Assembly (NCBI GenBank): GCA_030141605.1
Contig: JAQGDQ010000020.1
Span: forward strand, 744,001 to 808,000
DNA length: 64,000 bases
Origin: Tubiluchus corallicola
Taxonomy: Eukaryota > Animalia > Priapulida
Direction of reading: 5' to 3'
In this document: piece by piece, positions 54,901-64,000 of the stretch
Layout of the letters: each line of letters opens with the position of its first letter
How positions within the stretch are numbered: the stretch's first letter is position 1
Notes under the pieces: generated by a model
Database searches by the model: none
Seen by the model: the letters and a program-made list of their open reading frames with translations, nothing else
Told to the model about the DNA's origin: nothing
Program-made: the position numbers and the translations under genes

Positions 54901-55151
54901 TCCTCTACAATGGAATACTCGTGTACCCACCCAAGTGACCTAGCTACCAGAGGTAGTAATTTATGAGATCAAAATACAATTTTGTAGAACACCAAATTAA
55001 ATTAAAAAGGCAAAAAAAGTAAATTTTATCTTTTCATCATCAGCAATGTGCACGGTTGTTAGGCTAGTGATTCCCTACTGGACCATCACAGTGTGTATGT
55101 AACGCACCCAAAAATAAAAAAAAATTTATGTCTCTCTCTCTCCTTCTCTCC

Positions 55152-55195
<44 letters not shown>

Positions 55196-56904
55196 ATATT
55201 TATTATATGTATATGCTAATCACGCATACTATTATGTATATTAACTGTTAAGACACTGGCAGAGTAAAACCTAATATACCTGAAAACAAACATTAGACAT
55301 TACAATGGCTAAATTCTGTTATGCGCTTGTGACTTGCAGCACTTCTAAAGTCTAAATCAGTTTTTAATAGTAAACGAAGCTAAACAGCACTAACTGTCAA
55401 TGAACAAAAACAGAGTAAGCTGCTGATTTACTGTGCATTTTTCTAATGGCCCCTCACGTGCCAAAGAACTTCAAAATAAAACGAAAATAAATATGCTAAG
55501 AAATACTCGATTTTCTAAAAATACCTAATCAGGTAGTTAATGGACGTATAATTTGGAAGTATCAGTCAGTATAGTAAGATATGTTCAAGAATACGCCCAC
55601 TATACTGTCAAAATTTTCTAAATAACAAGCAAATAAGCTTAAAATTTTATTAGGCATTATACAAACTGTCACGGCCATGCGATGCATGACCGCTAACTAA
55701 CTGGCCGATATACAAGGCCATTCATCACTATAAGATTTTGAACAGTATAGAAGCCATTGGATACTATGCATTATATACAAGGTCATTCCATCTAGGCTAA
55801 TGTTTGCCCACCTCATTCAGGTACCGAATTTTTTGTTAAACGGATGTCTATCTAGGCCGTTTTTACCTGGTCACCATAGTTGGTACCTTTCTTCTGTTCG
55901 TCATATGTTTGAGACACGTTTTGTCTATGAGTTTTATTTTGGCATTAATGGCAAAATTCAGTTGATGTCCTGTGAGAGACAATAGTTAAATGCACAATGT
56001 TGTATCGACACCGTTTACGTAGCACCAGCACGACTCAGGAGTGAAGTAATTGCCTTGTCATATTTCACTTAGAGGAACTCTTGGACAACCCACCCTGGGA
56101 GGGATTCTGAAACTTTCAGAGCATTGGTGGAGTGTTCCCATAGTGGTGGAGTTCACAGTATCCTGGTTACGCTATTCGGCGGTAGAGGAGACGCAGAGAT
56201 ACAACTACGATTCCAGATTAAACTACTTGTGGCGTGTAAGGACTCATGGATCGGCTACATTGTGGAGCTCCTCCTTATTCCAGTAGGGGATCGTGGCTTT
56301 GGGACTGTAAACCGTCCTTGGTGCATCCTGGAAGAGCCGGCCATCGGGAACTACATATAAACATGAGTATACTCCTTGCTGCTTGTTAAATCTGGGCCCA
56401 GTAGGTAGTAGGTATTGTTTTCTCCTCTATGTACAATTGTTCTTTGCTTTGTTCTTGTTTAATAATATACTGCATGATTTGCACAGCATCCGTGTGTTTA
56501 ATAGTTCTATTTCAAACTTAGTGTAAACGTTTTACGATTAACAACTCGATGATTATGTTTAGTAAAATGATCGGGTCCTATAGGAGAATTGCCCCAACAT
56601 GAACCCAAACGCTTGGTGATGAAATTAGCAGAAATGATTACCCTGTTATGTTAGTAAATTACGAGCTCTGTCTGTTTAGTGTTTCCTGTTTAGTCGCTCA
56701 CACTCACGGAGAACATGTGAGCCGAGCTTTAGATTTGAGACACTGACGTTAAATTACCCTAGACTAGTTATAATATGTTAGTTTTATTCCCACAAACTGT
56801 CACACAAACATATGCATACGAATCCGATGATTTTATGACTTATAAAAGCATGTTCTTCGAAGATCATACTATTTACTAATTTTTTAGTAGTTTACAACAA
56901 ATAC

Positions 56905-57018
56905 CTGTAGACAACCCGGGTGGGTTTTCAGTTGGAGTAATGGTTTCGTTGTCAGGCTTAACTTCACATACCATATGTGAATTACTCCCTACAAGTGTTC
57001 CATCCAGATATCGGTCGC
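56905..57018 (-). CDS. PAN protein, stalk exon
   Basis: gttttag acceptor and gtattt donor; phase 1-1; (R)DRYLDGTLVGSNSHMVCEVKPDNETITPTENPPGLST; Pro/Thr-rich juxtamembrane linker. Confidence 0.85.
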
Positions 57019-58418
57019 CTAAAACATCCAAAACTTCCATCAATTATTGCAGTTCATTGGTTTTCGGTTACTCGCTGGCAAGCTAATCTTGTAGCCAGAT
57101 CTTATTCGCCGTGAAGCCGGTCTCGTTCTTGTTGCTCCCACAATAACAATAAGTTCTTAGCCAGTTTTATACTGTGGCGTCACAATGGAGTAAATTTTAT
57201 TCTAAATTTTGCGACAAAACGAATTCTATGGCAACGCCAAACGGCGTTCTAATAAACTTATTCATCAAAAGGATACTGTGACAATCTAAATGGCATTCTA
57301 AATGACATATCCAGATAGTTGAGCAGAAAAAAATCAATAAACGAGTAACCCATTGTTTCGTCTTCCGAAAATCTGAAAGACGCAATGGTGCACTTTGGTA
57401 ATCAGAGTGAAGTGCAACTGGCGAACCAACCAAATCTGCACAAATGACACCATGCACAAATTACTAAAGCACGCATCAAAGCCAACACTTCGCTAATATC
57501 AACCGGTTTTTCAAAAAACAGATAGCTCTGTTACTAAGTATACACAAACAAACTGTTACTACATTTACTGCAATTAAACCTCCTTTTATTACTAATTGGT
57601 TATAACTTTTTTACTAATATTTTCCCACTAAAGCTGCCTCGTGCTTCATTTAAGGAGGCTATACTAATTATTATAAAAGAACTGGCTCACAGGTACATAT
57701 AAGCCCTATGTGAGAGACTGTTACTTCATGATGCCCAAAGTAAAAAAAATCATGTTTCACTAGCTTTACTACGTTTTACCTGTGAGAAAATCATAACAAG
57801 ATATAACAAACTAATTTGGGCTTAAAAATAAAGCTATTAGTAATAATGAAACACTGAGTAACATCATCATGGCTCTGGTATTCTTGATAAATAAATGGTT
57901 TAACTGGGTAAACAACAACAACAACTTTCCTAGCCAAGAACAGACTGCCAAAAGACAAGGTAAGCTTGCCCTGTCAGTATAACATGACATAAAGACGCCA
58001 AGTCAGGACCACATGAATACAGTTTAAAAAGAGAGTATGGGGGGGGGTAGGGTAAAGAATGAGTGAACACTAAAGTAAATAACCTAAAATCTTTCACACC
58101 CTACATCTGGGCAGAATGCCGTTGGAAATTTACTAACGCTAGACAGATGATTTTGTAGAAAGGCTTAGAAAAACACATACATCGGAAGAATAATTAGAAA
58201 TAAGAATGCATTCTACAAATAAGATTCAAAATGCTACGTAGCCAAATCAGTAAGCTGCATGAAGGCTTATTAAAATTACTAATACTGTGCTGACTGGCAA
58301 ACTCTACGCTTATGGAGTGAAATAGGAAAACAAGCTACATTGTTTTCACAACTGTGAATTCGTTTTAAAGATTAAAATTGACAATACTTAGTGATACTAA
58401 AACTGTTTAAATCCATAC

Positions 58419-58560
58419 GTGAATAATGATCACATAACATGTAGTCTTCGAGTTGTGCATTGGAATCTTGGAGATTAGCGGATTCGAGTATGCAGTAAGT
58501 TGCAACTAATCCTGGACGTCCTGTACACATATCGAACGAGCGACAGTCAAAGTTGGACTC
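58419..58560 (-). CDS. PAN protein, third PAN domain, C-terminal half
   Basis: gtttag acceptor and gtatgg donor; ESNFDCRSFDMCTGRPGLVATYCILESANLQDSNAQLEDYMLCDHYS; CRSFD...C.L and DHY are PAN motifs. Confidence 0.92.
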
Positions 58561-59378
58561 CTAAACATAGAAATGGTTTTGCATTTAACGCGAGTAAATG
58601 TAGCTCTTTAGCCTAGGTCGATATTTCACTTAGTGATAGTATCTAAATATGGCTGCGCTTCATACACATAAAATTCACGTACATAAAGTGTAAATGATTT
58701 TGTTACAGTACTTTAGTAAAAATACATTGACCTGTAAGTGCGAGCAGTTTTGGTAATTCCAGCTTAGGAAAAATAGCGTATAGTAGCAACTATATTATTA
58801 TTCTCTGCTAAACGCATACAAACGTGTAAGATACTGCAGACAAGGTATCCAGAATCTGCTAAATACTGTCGAGAAACTGGCCATTCACTCATCAAGTGAG
58901 AAAATGCCGTATAACCATATAATCAGAGGCACGCATGGATAGCCCATGGTACTCTACTAGTAGGCCTGCCTATCTATCTGCTACCTATCCATCTATCTAT
59001 CTTTACGTCCATCTGTCAGTCGACCTGTCTGCTCTCATTACTATTCCATTACTGCAACTGTCACAATCCGTGGGAATAAGTTCCTTTGGGTTTTTGGATT
59101 TCCTCTAATCTTCTTGTAAGCTCATAAAAATTTTTGAGAAGTGACTAACATGTGATCTAATTTACTTTTCTTGCGTTACACATAATAAAAAATAAACACA
59201 CTTCAACGTCACACATAATAAAAAATAAACACACTCATCTTCATCGTCAACACAATTATAACCATTACTTGAGTTAGAAACGAAGTCATTTTTAAGCCTT
59301 TATTATTAGTGTTTTATCTGTAATATTATTACTATACGAATAAACGTCTATGTTAATGTTGTTTCTTAGAGCACAAAC

Positions 59379-59500
59379 CTCTACACAAAACTTAGCACAC
59401 TCATCTGGATAGGATTCTTGGATATACAGTTCTTGGCTTGACCCGTCTTCTACATAAAGCGATTTGTTTTGGTATTTGGTAAAGTCGACCAAGTAGCCTC
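59379..59500 (-). CDS. PAN protein, third PAN domain, N-terminal half
   Basis: cttttag acceptor and gtttgt donor; (R)GYLVDFTKYQNKSLYVEDGSSQELYIQESYPDECAKFCVE, containing ECAxxC. Confidence 0.92.
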
Positions 59501-60261
59501 CTAAAAGATTTTGGAATAATAATAAAATTGTTAACGGGTAAAAATATAAATCACGAGTAATTATTAAAACAACCTTTAACGTTAAAGGACTTGTATAGGC
59601 GCCTCATAGTTATATACAGCCTAACAAATTTATTATTTTTTTATTTTAAATTTATTTCATTTAAATACATTTAAAAGCACACAGCGTTATGTAACAAATT
59701 AGCAAAAACTCAGCTATACTATAAAATTACAATAGAAACTAATAAAATATTTACCTATATATACATACATACACCCAGAACAGAAAACGTAGAACACAAG
59801 ACAGATCATTAAAAAATACAACACACAGATGCATAAAACCCAACAAAAGTCACCATTAAAATGGTAAAAGATGTTGACCTCATAGTGCAAAATGTAGTTT
59901 GTACAAATTCGTTCATATATATGTTTTGTGATGTGCAAAGTAGGATCCTGTTATATTTCGTGTAGTTTCATAGTTAGGAATATTAAAATTTACCAATTTT
60001 TCTCATACACTATATAATCCCACGAAGAGCCTACGAAATGCCCTATTGTGAGCCACCTTTAAAAAGTGTAGTTGTATTGGAAAAAGTTGCACATTAAGGC
60101 ACATGCGAAAAAATTGACGTATACTATTTGAACATCATTCGTATTTACACAATACTTAACCAATAACGTATTTGCCTTTACATAAAGACCTCTTGACTGC
60201 GCTTTTTCAAAAGAGTAAAACAAACATTTTATAAACTTACTACAACATTTTAATTTCTTAC

Positions 60262-60418
60262 TAGTGTAAAAATCGCATGGTGCATTTTCTGTAAGATTTG
60301 TCGAAGATCCGTAATCCAAAAGATGTGTTTTAAACATGTAACATTTGGTAAGCACGATGTCCTTAGTCCCTTGTTCATCATACGAGCAGAATTCGAACGA
60401 CAAACAAGGCAACTCTTT
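60262..60418 (-). CDS. PAN protein, second PAN domain, C-terminal half
   Basis: attttcag acceptor and gtaaga donor; KELPCLSFEFCSYDEQGTKDIVLTKCYMFKTHLLDYGSSTNLTENAPCDFYT. Confidence 0.92.
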
Positions 60419-61283
60419 CTGAAAATAATCAAACAAATATTAAAAGAAAGTCTGCCAAACTCAATGACTAGAATTTGGGAGTTCATCCGGTGGCCCCGAT
60501 TATTCCACTAGATGTCAGTTTACCAAAAATGCTGTTCAAAATGGAGTAAAATAGGTGGATTAAATGATAACTCCATAGGTGGATCCAATGCCACCCGCTG
60601 GAATTATCAGTCTTTACGGTTAATATTAGGAGCGTAAATAAGTTCGCTAGAAATCAGAGGACACACAAAATGTTAATAGAGAAATATTTTGTACTGCGTA
60701 CATAGCAAAAGACCATTTTAGAGTTTTACGTTGATGTGCTATTTCATCTTGCTTGCTATTTCGAGGACAATTCAAAGAAAAGATTTTTTATTTAATTTAA
60801 AACGGTGCAAGATTGCGTCATAAAGACATACAAGCATATACAAGGCTATTCTAACATACGGCATTCCATTTTCATCATCCCAAATTTCTGAAGGAGGGAT
60901 TTCTGAAAATTCTTGTAGTTACAAACAATCGGCGGGTAGGTGTTGACTTTTCTCGCTGTTTAAGTGTTTCAAATCATTTAACAGTTTGCATACTGATCTT
61001 GTAGGTCCTTTGTTTCTCAATCACTCATATCTATTCTCTACGTCTTTTGGCCCCTTCCCCACCCCTTCTCTGTTAACATATAAGCATTTTTGACAAATAA
61101 CTATTCACTAATAAAAAGAAATAACAACAATAGTGCAATGATGCGTGACCATTCATTTAACAAACGCAGCATTGAATCGAAAGATAAACAAGCTAAGGAA
61201 AATTGTATGAGAACATCAGTGGTCCAAAATGTAATAATAAAAATTAATATAAAAAGTGCCACCTATTAATAGAAGTAACTTAC

Positions 61284-61396
61284 ATCACTATAGCACGTTT
61301 GGGCGCATTTATCAGCCGTGTCTACGTCTTCAACCTTATCAGGTTCGACAGGAAGAACTTTTCCGGGATGGTGAATAAAAGCAGTTAAATAACTTC
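61284..61396 (-). CDS. PAN protein, second PAN domain, N-terminal half
   Basis: ctaatttttag acceptor and gtaagt donor; (R)SYLTAFIHHPGKVLPVEPDKVEDVDTADKCAQTCYSD. Confidence 0.92.
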
Positions 61397-61639
61397 CTAA
61401 AAATTAGTGACAGAAACATAATTATGACTCTAAAGGTTTTCAAATGCAAACAAATTAGATTTAAAAATACTGGAGTTTATTGCATGTCGCACAGCAAAAT
61501 TCAAATCCCGCCACGAATAGCATGGGTTGGTTCGCTCCTTTTTGTAAAACCACCAAAGCCTTTTTCTATCAACAAAGCGAAACTTTTTTCTTTATTTGTA
61601 GTTCTTTACTAGCACTTTCTCATTTTTTGCCTACTGTCT

Positions 61640-62330
61640 CGATATTCAGCTAAATTGAACAGGTTTGCAGCTCAGACTCGCTTATGAACTTCTCAAAAGT
61701 TATGAGTTCTAGGTGTCCATTGCAAGAACTATGCATTTTTTGCATTAGCACCTGATTATGAACCATTTGGAAGGCCGAAGCTCTAATTCTCAACATACAC
61801 CTGAGAAATTAAGCACCCGATCATTCATTCACTCATTCTTTGTCCATCCATTAGAGACCAGAAATCATACCTGCCTTTTGCAACGCTCAAAAATAAGAAA
61901 ATCGATAGTACAGATAGCAAGTGGAATCAGAGAAATCCAGATAAGGAGCTCTGTTGAAAGGACAAAGAAAGCAAACTGTTACAAACTGAATAAGCAGTAA
62001 AGTTTAACATCAAAATTTTTATTCAGCAAAGTTCAGCAAACTGCATGCTAAAAAACTAGAATTCAACAGTAAAGTACTTTAATTTTGAACAGGTGTGGCA
62101 AAAAATTGAACTGAACCGTCAATGGTGCCATAGCCACAGGTTCTGGTGAGTGTAGGTGTCTCAATGAAATAAACAGCATAGGAAGTAAGTAGATCAAACT
62201 CTCACATACAGTTCTTTCAGCAGCCACCCATCCATTTCGGTCTTGGTTCAATCCTACTTAACCAAGCAAAAGTATAGTTCGCTACGATAGCTCATCAATC
62301 CACTCAAAAGGAGGATAAAACAGCAAGTTT
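61640..62330 (-). mobile_element. Possible decayed pogo/Tigger transposase
   Basis: RNGWV (about 62240), SNGWTK (about 61855) and VLAMDT (about 61730) in the order expected for CENP-B HTH and DDE motifs. Confidence 0.35.
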
Positions 62331-62425
62331 CGGTTAAAGCTTTATTAGAAAATGTCACATACGAAAGTTAATTATTAATTTATTAACCATTTCCTCGCTA
62401 TTGAGATAAAAATTTAATCACTCAC

Positions 62426-62540
62426 GTCCGAAGATGGTACAAGAATCCATGGGACCCATACCACTTGAAGGTATTTCATCTATGAAGTCACTCGTTAATC
62501 GACACTCTAGCAGTGACGGGCAGTAGCTAAATGACTCGCA
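62426..62540 (-). CDS. PAN protein, first visible PAN domain, C-terminal half
   Basis: gattacag acceptor and gtgagt donor; CESFSYCPSLLECRLTSDFIDEIPSSGMGPMDSCTIFG. Confidence 0.92.
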
Positions 62541-63015
62541 CTGTAATCAAAATAAAAGGCATGTATTTTGTCTTTGTCTAATAAGAAAAAATTAGTTCTG
62601 ATGCCTTAGAGCAACGAAATGTTAAGTCGACAATATTTTTAACGAGCTAAAAAAGAAATAATTCTAAAATAGGCAAACACTCATATCTTATCTAGTTTTT
62701 AAATAATATCATTTAAGTCAAAAAATATTGTCTATCCTTTTTACATTTATACTAAAAAAGGCATTGATCACGCAATAATATTGATTTTAGAAAGTTCAAA
62801 AATCGTATGATACATGCTATGAAAAATACGAATACGTATTTTCATCACTTGACACTGTTTTAACAATTCATCAGGAAAGCAGAAAATACTAACGTTTGCA
62901 AAAACAGTCAATATTCAACAAACGTGAATTTATAACGAATTCCTACGAGCCATCCGGCATTTCATTAGGAGAAATGGTGGAATAGAACAGATTACAAGCT
63001 TCACTGCAAGTAAAC

Positions 63016-63418
63016 TGCTACATTGTTTAATGTAGTTAGTATGTGTGAAAATTAGTCTGTGCGAAAACATAGTCTCACACAGAGTAATTTTAAAGTGTAC
63101 TTTTTGCGTCTTTTTTCCTGGATTAAATTAGTCTGTTTTCGAAAATATTCTGTGTGGGGCTACAGAATAAGGCAAAAGGTTGATAAAGAAACTTCACGCT
63201 CCGAGTTTGAGTCCGCTGAAGAAGATTCTGATTGAAAAGTCCGCTCTAAGGTTCAGTCGTTTAAATTTAATTGAAAATAAGCATCGCATTGGAATAAAAA
63301 AAATGTAATTGGTCTGTGTCGAAAATTAGTCTAACGCAGACTAAATTTGATAGTGCACGTTGAAAAGTGAGTTTAAAAATTACTCACACAGACGAATTAC
63401 GCTAAACAGTGTAGCAAA
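63016..63418. mobile_element. Intronic MITE
   Basis: tgctacattgtttaatgtagttagtatgtgtga mirrors tcacacagacgaattacgctaaacagtgtagca. Confidence 0.8.
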
Positions 63419-63633
63419 TAGAGGAATTTGACAAAATAACATTTACGTGGATAATTTGTTCCCGCTTTTGTGTATGAATCTACATAACCGAACATGACCC
63501 TTGTTCAGATGCTCATCCATGCAATTACAAACAGACCATGCTCAACTATTGGAGACTATAGTCATGTAAACAAAGACAATTTTAAAAGCGCTGTATCATA
63601 TATACAAGTTTGTGGAAAAGCTTAAATGAATAC

Positions 63634-63743
63634 CTTTTCATCCAGAGCATTCACGCACTCGCTTTCACAACCTTCCAGTGTCACGCCCACTATTACCCTG
63701 GAACTGGTTAGCGTCATTTCCTCGTAACCCACCACGAACTGCT
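63634..63743 (-). CDS. PAN protein, first visible PAN domain, N-terminal half (gene continues upstream)
   Basis: ggttttcag acceptor and gtattc donor; QFVVGYEEMTLTSSRVIVGVTLEGCESECVNALDEK; phase-0 join to CESFSYC. Confidence 0.88.
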
Positions 63744-64000
63744 CTGAAAACCAACGTTTGTTTATTAGAAGTATTTACGAAATTGTCCTGCACAATGTAC
63801 TACAACCTACAAAATTTATAAAGAATGAACCAGTCAGTTCAGAGTTAAAGTTTTATAGTTCAGGTACAGCTGTAGAGTTTAAATTTATAAAATACTGCTC
63901 ATTTTCCGTGAAGGTTGTATGTTCGATACCACCTGATCTTCAAAACGTTCGGACCTGGTAAAGCAGGAGCTGACAGAGATGGTCTTACTTCCTTGCATGT

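Noticed and set aside
63205-63250. Hammerhead-like core ctgaaga...gaaa
   Set aside because: Stem II and flanking stems do not pair; lies within a MITE.
63890-64000. Further PAN-gene exon at the window edge (TCKEVRPSLSAPALP...)
   Set aside because: No convincing donor or PAN motif; truncated by the window and cannot be supported.

Overview
AT-rich eukaryotic DNA from an invertebrate animal (spliced genes, microsatellites, decayed transposons); lineage not determinable, and no prokaryotic system or CRISPR array is present. Most ORFs in the supplied track are spurious. By manual splicing I reconstruct three minus-strand genes. (1) A 12-cysteine Ly6/uPAR (three-finger) gene A: exons 11566-11629, 3904-4035, 2778-3061. 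(2) A tandem paralogue B: exons 20562-20693 and 17155-17408, whose signal-peptide exon is possibly 52239-52296, across a ~31.5 kb intron. (3) The 3' part of a type-I membrane protein with at least three tandem six-cysteine PAN/apple domains: 8 exons, 63743 to 53848, continuing beyond the window. Introns and intergenic DNA hold a nest of PIF/Harbinger relics, two Academ-like relics, RTE and CR1/L2 LINE fragments, Helentron-like elements, several MITE families and three recent tandem duplications, one with a templated junction. Exon coordinates were derived base by base; transposon boundaries are approximate. Family assignments rest on recalled motifs, not database searches.
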